The notes under the pieces are model-generated. The model saw only the letters and a list, made by a program, of their open reading frames with translations. It was not told the origin of the DNA and did no database searches. Made by a program: the position numbers and the translations under genes. From positions 165,044,001-165,108,000 of the forward strand of contig NC_091476.1 in assembly GCF_036971445.1 (NCBI RefSeq): a DNA stretch of 64,000 nucleotides. The letters run 5' to 3'. Positions 40,276-50,264 of this stretch are shown here, piece by piece. The stretch comes from Narcine bancroftii. Its lineage: Eukaryota. Position 1 is the first letter of the stretch, and each line of letters opens with the position of its first letter.

Positions 40276-40488
40276 CTACAAGGCAGTAAACAAAATTTGA
40301 CAATTCATTTTTGATTTTGGGACTACCTGAAGCCACATGGATACTGTATTGTTGCATTATTGAAAAGTAAATAGTAAATGGGAATGAAAGACACAAATGA
40401 CCTTATGCTCGTGAAATTATCGCGTCATTCAGCAAGTACTCGAGTTACTTTGTAGAGCCTCCAAGTGACAGAATTCAAATTTCCTTAC

Positions 40489-40790
40489 GCAGTTAAAAGG
40501 AATACTCCTTCATTGCATCGATCGAGTGCCTTCCGCGCAGCTGGTTTTGTAGCAAATTCGACGATGCCTTTGCCCGTTGATCTGCCGCGATCATCCACGA
40601 TGACAATAGCTCTCTCCACTTGTCCAAACTGAGAGAATGCTTCCTCGAGCAATTCATTTGAGACATAGGGGGACAGATTGCGTACTGTCAATGCAGCAGA
40701 GTGTGTGGCAAAACGGATACGAAGTGGTCGGCCTCTCATGGGCGTATCATCAAGTTCTGCTTTGGCAATTTCAGCCAAAGTTCGACTTTC
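40489..40790 (-). CDS. SFPQ: SFPQ coding exon 2 (end of RRM1 and RRM2), 302 nt
   Basis: Acceptor ccccctttag|GAA; translates [30 protein letters not shown]...[12 protein letters not shown]...EGVFLLT; donor GC|GTAAGG. Confidence 0.97.
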
Positions 40791-41693
40791 CTAAAGGGGG
40801 GAAAAAAAAAAACAGTATTTTGTTGGATCTGCCAAAAAATATTTGTACCAACCAAAAATTGCTCAGGAAGCATGCAAACTTGAAGGATATTTGCGGTTCA
40901 ATTTGTCGATTTCGGGAGCTGTACAACATTCCCACCTCCTCCTCAGATTTTTTTTTGAAGCTAACGTTCCAAAGGGAAAGACGTCGGGGAACTCCTGGTG
41001 GGCCGCTTACCAGACTAATTAGATGCACCCAGTGGGACAACAGATGCCTCACATCTCCAAGCAGGCAGGCAGGGCCCGACGCCAGGACTGGATTTCAGAT
41101 TTAGGGAGGCTACTTCCCCCTCACCTCTGCCATCAGACTTCTGACTGAGCACCGAAGCTAACCTCCCTTGAGCCCTCCTTCTTGCCCGTCCTTGTATTGA
41201 AATGCAGCTTAAAGAAACATTTGTCCGGCGATGCCCAAAAGCAGACGCTCAAGGCAGTAAATCTACGAAATCTTTAACGAAAACGAGGCCAAAAGAATAC
41301 TGACATTCTCAATTTGGAGGAAATTGATTACTCACTTGATGCATATGGGTTGGATTCTTATGCTAGATTCACACTGCGGCTCGTCTACGAGGATTGAGTA
41401 TGTGCAATACAAACTTGACGTCATGCTTTCATCCTGATAGAATTGAATCAACTTCGAGGTGGAGATTTAATTCGCCACGATGGTCGAATTGTGTGATTTT
41501 AAATGCAGGTGCATTGAGGGAGAACCGTTGACAATAAATGGAGGGGCGGCAAGGTCCTGAGGGGCTTGTGCCCACGTCACGTCTTTCCCGACATGCAAAT
41601 CCGAGGGCTCCCGCCGCCGTCCCTCAGGGTACGTTCAGGCGCGGGCGTGGCTCCAATTGCGTGCAAGGACGCGACGCGCCCGAGGCCGGAGTG

Positions 41694-41906
41694 GCCGGGG
41701 GGACGGGCGCGCGCGGGGCGGTCGGGGGGACGGGCGCGCGCGGGGCGGTCGGGGGGCCGGGCGCGCGCGGGGCGGCCGGGGGGCCGGGCGCGCGCGGGGC
41801 GGCCGGGGGGCCGGGCGCGCGCGGGGCGGCCGGGGGGCCGGGCGCGCGCGGGGCGGCCGGGGGGACGGGCGCGCGCGGGGCGGCCGGGGGGACGGGCGCG
41901 CGCGCG
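41694..41906 (+). repeat. GC-rich minisatellite, 27-bp unit x ~8, in SFPQ intron 1
   Basis: GGGCGCGCGCGGGGCGG(C/T)CGGGGGG(A/C)C recurs every 27 bp from 41705 to 41894. Confidence 0.95.
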
Positions 41907-41945
41907 CTCCGCCCGCCACCGCTAGGCGGCCCGGGCCGCACTCAC

Positions 41946-42563
41946 CAGGCGGATGAAGCCGAAGCCCTTGCCCTTGTTGATGAACACCTCGCCCGGCTCG
42001 CCGTACTTGTCGAAGAGCTTCTTGAAGTCGTCCTCCGTGATGTCGCCCGGCAGGTTGCCGACGAAGAGGCGGCACCGCTGCGTGTACGTCTTCTCGCCCG
42101 GCTTGCGGAGCAGCGAGAGCTGGGCCCGCAGCACCTCCTGCGCCTGGCGCAGGTCGCTCTCGCTGGGCTTGGAGTCGCGCGGCTGCCGGCCCGGGCCCTC
42201 GGCGGCGCCCGCGTACGGCGGCTTGCCCTCGCCGCCGCCGCCGCCGCCGCTCCCCCCGCCGCCTCTGGCCGCCCCCGGCGCCTGAGCGGCCGCCGCGTCG
42301 CCGTTTTTCTTGTCGGGCTCCTGCGACTTCTGAGAGGCCGGCGCCGCCGACTTGGGAGGCGGGGGCTGTGCCGGAGAGGCCGCCTGGCCCTGCGCCGAGG
42401 GCGCCGGCTGCTGCTTGAGGGCCTCGGCCGGGTTTCCCGCCCCGTTGGGGCGGTTGGGGATGTTGTTGCGGTTGACGCCGCCGCCGCCGCCGCCGCGGAA
42501 AGGAGGGCTCATCCCGCCGCGCCTCTGGAATCCGGAGCGGTTCCTGAAGCGATCCCGAGACAT
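41946..42563 (-). CDS. SFPQ: SFPQ coding exon 1 (RGG/Pro-Gln-rich N-terminal region and start of RRM1), 618 nt
   Basis: Translates [12 protein letters not shown]...[53 protein letters not shown]. The MSRDRFR start is characteristic of SFPQ. Ends at donor CTG|GTGAGT, phase 0. Confidence 0.96.
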
Positions 42564-42599
42564 CTCGTCGAGTTTGAAGTCGGATTCGCAGCCTGCGCT

Positions 42600-42800
42600 C
42601 CCAATCAGTGGCGTGGAGGAGTGCACAAAATGGCGCCCGTCGAGGGCTGAGGCGGGCGCGGGCGCCTTATATAGGGCTCCAGAATCCCGCGCCGCGGACC
42701 TCCGATTGGTTGGGGGGCCGCACCGCATGCGCAGGTCCCCAGCACCGATTGGTGCCGACGGACGTCAATTAACGGCACTGGCCGCCAAGCGACCAATCGC
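42600..42800 (-). promoter_or_regulatory. SFPQ: SFPQ core and proximal promoter
   Basis: TATATAA on minus at 42667-42673; YY1-type CGCCATTTT at 42627-42635 near the expected TSS; CCAAT on minus at 42705-42709 and 42748-42752 and on plus at 42793-42797; CRE-like TGACGTC at 42761-42767. Confidence 0.85.
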
Positions 42801-43529
42801 CTGCTGCTGCTCTGCAGACAAAGGACTGCTGCTTTCGCGAGGCGCAGGGAGTGCCTTGTCCTCCTTCGTGGAGGCCGCTGGTCTCGTTCGTCCCATGTGA
42901 GGCCTCATTGACGTTGGAGCCTCCACTTTTGCATCTAATCTTCCACTTTTGCATCTAATCTAACGTTATTAATCGTATATAATACGAGTGGAGGCATTAA
43001 TCCTCAAGCCTTCACTAATATACTCCAGAAATGTTTAGTGTAGCCATGCTTGATCTGTTAGCAAATTTGTCCTTCCTACTGTGGTCCATAAATGTCATAA
43101 ATTTGCATGATTTATCGATGCAATTTTAAAATTCGAAGAGCCTCCACCTTTTGCATAATACTGTTGATCGCAACCATTCATGTTGAAGGTGCATCTCTGC
43201 TAATACATTTCTATCATTTTAAAATGATAACATAAAATGAAACCTCTGCTGCAATATATAATATATATAATAATTTTTGAAAACTTTATACTTTTTGAAA
43301 TTTTAAAAACATGTCCTGTTCCTTTCCCCATTAATTTCCCACCCACCCCATGTGAAGTCATTACTGTAACCTATAAAAATGTAACGTTTTCCTCATTGAT
43401 TTCCTCAGCCACCACCTTTGCAATCCCTCTGATGGCTGTTGGGAGGAAGGAAGCTTTTTGTGTGCCTTCAGCAGCACATTTTATTGAAGGGATCACCCTC
43501 GAGTCGTTGGGTATCACGAAAAATCTGAC

Positions 43530-43880
43530 GTGAAGGCACCAGAACGCTGGAGAAGCTCAGCAAGTCCTACTGTCCTTTATGCAGCCAAGGTAAAAAATAA
43601 AAAACACATAACCGATCGTTCGGGCTTGAGCCCTTCATCGAGGCATGGGAGAATGCTGGCAGGCGTCCGAACAAAAAGATTGGAGGGGGGGAACGTTGCC
43701 CAAGGCAGGAGATGATCGGTGGAGAAAGGAGGGAGTGTTTGGCAGCAACGAGGTCAAGGAGGGACAGATGGATGGGTAAGGGAGGGAGAACTGGAAAGAG
43801 AGAGGGGAAAGAAAAGGCGAGCAGTTTAGCTGTCAGCAGAGAAGTCAATGTTAATATCCCATCGTGAGAGTGCTTATTCT
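43530..43880 (+). mobile_element. Dispersed repeat, probably Penelope-derived terminal sequence
   Basis: GCTGGAGAAGCTCAGC...CGGGCTTGAGCCCTTCATC shared with copies at about 50100-50240, 53045-53115 (inverted) and 55320-55420. Confidence 0.5.
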
Positions 43881-44029
43881 CTGAGAGCTATCGGGTTATT
43901 TTTTCTTTTAATCTTCCTTCACTTTTCCCATGACTGCAATTTTCTCCCTTTCGTTTGGATGATACCTTTTTGCAAGTCTCCTGAATTTATTTCGACCAAT
44001 CTTTTGGGAACAGCATTCCATTTCTTTCT

Positions 44030-45237
44030 TTCTTTTTCAAACTTTTTATTAACATTTCATCATATACACAGCATGGTGATAATAGAAATAACAATTAAAA
44101 TGGGATGTCCAAGTCTACATAGTATGTCTCATATATAAATTACAAAGACTGAAAATGTGACATATTAGGAATAATATTCCTAACAAAGAAAACAGATTAA
44201 GAAATAATTATATATATAAAAAACAACTAATCGACTAAAAAAAATATCTGTTGAATAGTTTAAAACATAGCTTGGGTCCTCGCCTACAAATAACAAAAAT
44301 GGCAAGAATTATATTACATCTGGAAAGGAAGAGTTAATTCATAGAATAACACCAGTTCTATTCCATGAAAGTAATCAATAAATAGTTTCCATGTTTCTTC
44401 AAATTTAATAGTTGTTTCTAAAGAATGACTTCTGATTTTTTTTTTCTTGATTTAAGAAGACATAACATGAGAAAGCCATTGAAATAGTGTAAGAGAATCA
44501 GAAGTCTTTCCATTAAAGTAAAATGGCTCTTCTAGCCAATAGTGTAGAAACAGCTTTTGCTCAAAATGCAGAAGTAGATAAACAACCTACATCTCTAATT
44601 CCAAAAAAAAAGAGCAGTTAAGGGGTTAGGTTGTAACCACTGGTTGTAACTAGTGTCATTGATAGAGTTTTAAAAGTATCTTTCCAAAATTTTTCTAACA
44701 CGTGACATGACCAAAACATGAGTCAATGAAGCCACATCAGTATTGCATCTATCACAAGTAGAGCTCGTATTAGGAAAGATGCACGCTAGTTTATCTTCAG
44801 ACATATAAGATCTATGAACTATTTTAAACTGTGTTAAAGAATGAAGTGCACAGAGTGAAGCAGTCCAGTAATACTTCCCCATGTTTCAGGAGATAGTTGA
44901 AGTTCTGATTCCCATGTTTATTGAATATCATCCATAGGGACTGATCTCAAATTTAATATGAGTATAAATAGCACCAATTAAACCCTCTGAAAGGGGTCTT
45001 ACCAGAATAAAGTATCAGGTAAATCTGCTGGTTGTGATGTTAGATAATTAGACATTACCATATTCAGGACATTTCTAATGTGAAGATATCTAAAAAAATG
45101 TGTGTATGGTAAATTATTTTTGGTTGAAAGTTATTCAGAAGACATCAAACCAACATCAGCAAATAAATCTACAAAAGAAGTAGTTCCTTTAATCTCACAA
45201 ATAAGGAAGGTTTGGTCAAGGGTGTAAAGTAAGATAT
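44030..45237 (-). mobile_element. L1 3' fragment
   Basis: HSLTQFKIVHRSYMSEDKLACIFP...TCDRC zinc-knuckle region; T-rich tail at about 44030-44050. Confidence 0.8.
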
Positions 45238-45656
45238 TGTAGTGGGCCACCGAACATGCCATGCTCGAAGTGGCAACCCGACACCGGGAGCCCGTGGCCA
45301 ACACAACCGGCTGGGATGGGCGACGTTCTTCGAAGTCGGCGCCCGACTCAGTAGCACGCGGCTGCAGCATCCCACTCCAATGGGCTGGCCAGCAGCAGCG
45401 AATCGGGTGGAGCCAGGGAAGCAGCCACAACTGGAGATGAGAGGGGCTCACTGATTGGCTGCTCCCCGGATAGCACTAAACAACCAATCCCAGGAAATGG
45501 ATCGCAATGCCATCAGCTGGGTGACATGATGATGTCAGAGATGGGCTTCTGAGCCCTTTAAAAGCAGAGCTGCCAGCACAGTAAACCAGTGTTGAATTCA
45601 CCCCCATAGTGTGTGTCTCTTTGAGCGAAACCTCTCCAGCAGTAACAGCTGCTGCA
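45238..45656 (+). mobile_element. Solo LTR (419 bp), probably Gypsy-type
   Basis: TGTAG...CTGCA termini; perfect 4-bp TSD ATAT at 45234-45237 and 45657-45660; internal TTTTAAAA and AGTAAA signals; GC-rich island in AT-rich L1 sequence. Confidence 0.8.
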
Positions 45657-46254
45657 ATATATAATTATTTTTGAAAACATTATAGTTTTTGAAATTTTAA
45701 CTCCGTTTCCAACTTTATCTTTATCGGTAGTTACAAATCTATACTGATGCAGCTTATTCTTATCCAATCTATGCGAGTTTTTTTTATTTTATACTGAGTC
45801 CAAACCTAACACCCCTCCCTCTCCCTCCCCCCACCCCATTCTCCCTAACATCCAACACTTGACACACAACCAATCAAAGAAAAACATTTAAGACATAAAA
45901 AATATTTACAACAATGGAGTAAATAATATCGGAGAGTTATAGGTCTGGCCTGGCCCAGCAGCCTGAGATTGGGTGTTTTTTTCTCCCTGACTTTTCCTGG
46001 CTGGAAAAGTCCCACCCCAGAATTGGGGAGGATTTGGAGTGGACTGGGGCCCTGAGGTAAAATTGTCCTCTTCATAGCCATGCACTTTTGTGGTTCAGGT
46101 ACGGCTGCCATACTTTTTGGAAGGTGCCATACCTTCCCCTTTAATTATAGGTGATTCTCTCCAGGGGAACACAGGCTTGCAATTCCTTGTTCCACTGCGC
46201 AATACTTAGACAAGAGTCGGACTTCCAGGTAACCGCTATGCACTGGCCACTGCC

Positions 46255-46620
46255 TTTTTAATCCCCTTCCGTGAGTGGCATAATCTCACTCTTGTCCCAA
46301 TTGATCTTGTACCCAGAGACCTCCCCATAGTCTTCCAAAGTAGAGTGCAGTTTGGACAATGAGTTTACTGCGTCTGTCAAATATATCAGTACATCATCGA
46401 CAAATAAGCTGATCTTATGTTCTTCCTGGCCCTTAATGTCTGGATCCTGGCCAACGGTTCCATAACCAATACGGATAGGCCTGGAGATAGCGGGCATCCC
46501 TGTCTACTTGATCTTGTTAGTGGGAAAGCTGAAGAAATTTGACCGTTAGTCACAACTTTCGCCTTGGGCGTATGGTATAGCGCCCTTACCCAATTAATAA
46601 AAGTTAAGATATAAGCCAAG
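46255..46620 (-). mobile_element. L1 RT fragment
   Basis: RSSRQGCPLSPGL; HKISLFVDDVLIYLTD...SGYKINWDKSEIMPL. Confidence 0.85.
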
Positions 46621-47594
46621 GCAAAAAAATTTTAGTCCAAAAAAACCTTCAAAATTGAAACCAAATACATAATGAATAGTTAATAATTGGATTGGAAATA
46701 TACTTAGTGATGTTGGATAGTCTAAAAGGTAATGCTGGTCCTAAAAAAAGAAGCTAAGGAACAATTCTGGACAGATTCCAATTCCAAATCTACCGAGAGT
46801 GGATGATCAAATTTATCAAGGTAATAAATCCAAAAGATAATATAGCGAATACATTTGCATTACATGGAAGACTATGCAGAGGTCATGGACTGTTCCTTGC
46901 ATTGAAAGATTGGTAGCTTTCAGGCAGACCAAAATGTGTTTTTCATTAAATTGATAACCTTCCAGCAACAGTTGGTATTTGCCTTTGTACGCAACCATAG
47001 GCACAGCTGATGGAGCACTGAGTCCTTTGTTATGCAGCTGTTGAGGGTGAACTTTGACAAACACCTTTGCTTTTTTTCTAACCTATTCTGATAAATATGT
47101 ATTCCAGAAGGAAATGCTGATGGTTTCAACTCCACTGGGACTGCTTTATGTACAGAATGCTGCTGTGCAGGAAGGATCTGACAGGGAAGCTCTCACCAGC
47201 AGGCAAACTTCTTAAGGTCTGGTGGTGAAGAAGTCTATTGGATGACTTTGACAGTTTTGTACAGAAAGCCATTCAACAGGAACTAGCTTCTCCATTTCCC
47301 ACAGAGCCTCAGGACATTTTGGATAAAAATCCAAAATTTCCTGTGAACAAACTTTTCTACTTGGTATAGATGGTGTGGAATGGTCCAAGTGAATGAAATG
47401 CGCCATAGCAACATCATCAAACCTAGTTTTCAACATATCAATCCCAGCATAGCTCTGAAGACAAAGTCTCAGGACAATTTGGAAGTCAGATCAGATAACA
47501 AATGCAGCACAGTAGTACTGGAGTAGGTTACTGGTCACACGTGTCCCACATTAGAACAGTTTTGAGGACACCTACGTCCTGTTGACCAGGTTCC

Positions 47595-48540
47595 TGAGAG
47601 TTTATTGTCATATGCTTAACTACATTGTACTGATGCAAATTTTAAATTCTGATGTGCCACAGCCACACAGGTGCATACTATACATCAATGACAACAGTAT
47701 GAATTACCATGAGACAGAGATAAATGTAAAAGGATATAATTAGGGATAGGACAGCTTGGGGATGTTCAAGAGCCTGATAGCAAGAAGAGCTCCCAAAAGG
47801 CCTCGGGTGCTGAAGGATTCCTGATCGTATCGGAGGTTTGGATCTGAAGCTCGGAATGCCGATGGTTAGAAATGGAGACAGTTTTTGGAAATATCGTGGG
47901 GTGAAAGCTGTTGATTGATAGTTTATATGAAAACCCCAATGTAATACAACAGGAAAAAGGATCACATTAAAAACTGGCAAAGACTAGCTTAAAAAAAAGA
48001 ACTGGAGTCGGTGCAGTTGCAGAGGCTGTGGGAGCGCTGGAGGTAAATCTAAAAACTCTTGTGGTCTCTGAAGGGACTCTTTTTCTTTTCTTTCTCTTAT
48101 TGTTAGGGGCGTTGGGCAGTCAAAAATTGAAGAATATCATGTATATTACATGTTTTATATATTACGTGACAATAAAAGAAACCTTTGAATCTTTGATAAC
48201 ATGAAAAGAAAATTGTTCTTGAACCATTGGTCCTGAACTTTAGCCTTCTATATATTCTGCCTGAAGATAGCAGCGAAAAAAATTATAACCAGGGTCATGG
48301 CGATCCTTTATGATATTGACTGCCTTTTGAGAAAATACCTCACATGGATGTCATCAGTGGACAGGTCAGTGCTTGTGATGGACTTTGCCAGGTTTGCCAC
48401 TTTATTCTTTGCTGGACATTCAAGATTCTAAACTAGATTGCTATGCAACCAGTCAGTGTACTTTCTAGTGTACACATGTAAACGTTTGTCAGAGTATTTA
48501 ACAATGTGCAAATCTCACATTTCTTAGAAAGTTCTTTCCT
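47595..48540 (-). mobile_element. Rex/Babar-like LINE 3' fragment with an inner inserted repeat (~47800-48200)
   Basis: TTTATTGTCA tail at about 47601; minus-strand RT C-terminal remnants at 48200-48540; inner element ends TGACAATAAAAG. Confidence 0.5.
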
Positions 48541-48999
48541 GTAATGGAGTCAGAGAATTACTTCCACAAAACCAGTGCCTGTTAAAATAAGACAATACAC
48601 TCCAACCAGATTTTGTCACATGCCATGTTCCATAATCTCAGCCAGACTTGACAGTTAAGGGTACAGATGAACATTTTGAAAAGTTGCCAAAAAAATGTTT
48701 TTTTTTCCTGTAATTAACTCACTCCCAAGTGCACATTAAATTGTTGCGGTGACTCATCCATCTGTAGAACAACCATGGATCAAGGGAAAAGATACAGATG
48801 GAGATTTTGATATCAGCATCTCTGCAGCCTGGAATTATTTTCGCTCTTGAACCTGCTTTGTTCCTAAAGGCTCGCTATAACACATAATAAGACAGGAGAA
48901 AAAGTGGCCTTGCTTTTATCAGATTAGATAATCTCCGACTCACCAACTTAGACTGTGCCAGTAATATTCAATTGCAAATAGCCTCCTAGAATTCCATTT

Positions 49000-50011
49000 T
49001 GGAATGAGCCCAGAAAACCCCAAACCCAGCAGCAATAGAAATTCACCAAGACAAATGGTTACTTAAACAAATGTTACTTTTAATTTTCTTTAAACATAAA
49101 AACAGGATCAAACTTTAACTTATTACTATTAACTTAACCCCTTTCTAATTCTAAGTGCATGTGCATGTAATGTGTGTGTAAGTTCAGAAAAGTTATTTGA
49201 TTCACAGTCCAATCTCACTTCTCACTCCTCCAAGTTCACCAGTATCAGGCAATTCTTATACTGTGCACAGAATTTAAAATGTATGAACCTTCACCAGGCT
49301 TTGGTGCTTGAAAGGTAAATGGTTACTCCCCAGGAAGGTTTTTATTGGTTTTCAGAGAGAAATTTGTTGCTCTTTGGACTGATTCCTTCAGATTAGCTAC
49401 TTCAGTGTCTTGATGAAGAAACTTGCCCCATCAGATCAGGTTTTCCAGATGATAACCTCTTTCTTTCATGTTATCACAGAGTTCCTTTTTTGTTTCCCTT
49501 ATTTCAAGTGAAACATTATACAGCCAGGCATCTCCTCTTGTATGGACCACAAGGACTTTGACCAGGCTGAACTAAGAACTCACAACCCGTCTTCCAAATG
49601 GGGTTTTTCCACAAGCTTGTCAGCTTGTCCTGTTCCAGTCCCGGCTGCTGCTGCTGAAGTGTAGAACTGAATTTTCTCTCTCTCAGAGAAAACCACATGA
49701 CCCTCTTAGAACAGCCAACTGCACTCAAACTGCGACTCCAGACCTTATCTTCCGAGTTTGTTCATCTGTTGCTTTCCAAAACAATAATCCATTACTCCAC
49801 AGCATCTCCAATTAACACCTTATAGGCCTTCTTCAAAGTTTTTGCAAAGGCACCCAGAGCCTGGACTGTCCGTCTTGAGCAGAGCTCCGGCATTTTAAAT
49901 GAGATCTGTTTTGAAGTGTTTGCATGTGACCCACACTAAAAAAACCTGCCACATTTTATCTCCTTTAAAACATATCTATATACTATATAGAATATAACCT
50001 AATCTGTCACA
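49000..50011 (-). mobile_element. Putative solo LTR (~1 kb)
   Basis: On minus it begins TGTGACA at 50011 and ends in a degraded ...CA near 49000; ATTAAA near the 3' end; near-TSD ATTT/CTTT; no ORF. Confidence 0.55.
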
Positions 50012-50264
50012 CTTTCTCAACCAAAGTGACAGAGCAAGTGTTCACTCCAATTTCACCTGGGTCCTATGTAAAATGAGCTATATAAAATTCAGAAGTAAAA
50101 TAAGAAAGTCTGCAGACACCATCGTTGAAGTCAAAACACAATGCTGGAGAAACACAGCTGATCAATTGTAATAATATAGCAAAGATAAAGATACATAACC
50201 AAAGTTTTGGGATTGAGCCCTTCATCAAGGTATGATACCTGCTGAGAGCCAGATCACAGATTTA

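Larger units (their letters stand above)
41500..42900. promoter_or_regulatory. CpG island over the SFPQ promoter, exon 1 and start of intron 1
   Basis: Very high GC and CpG density against an AT-rich, CpG-depleted background. Confidence 0.9.

Noticed and set aside
31298-42563. Alternative identity as NONO or PSPC1
   Set aside because: The MSRDRFR N-terminus, RGG/Pro-rich region and GREEYE..NKKPRY C-terminus fit SFPQ.
42564-42728. N-terminal extension of the SFPQ ORF in the ORF track (MRCGPP...)
   Set aside because: It runs through the TATA box and promoter; the conserved start is MSRDRFR at 42563.
41538-42900. Long plus-strand ORFs (370 aa and 182 aa) and Gly/Ala/Arg repeat ORFs overlapping SFPQ exon 1
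   Set aside because: Shadow ORFs from stop-codon scarcity in GC-rich antisense sequence and the 27-bp minisatellite; no domain-like content.
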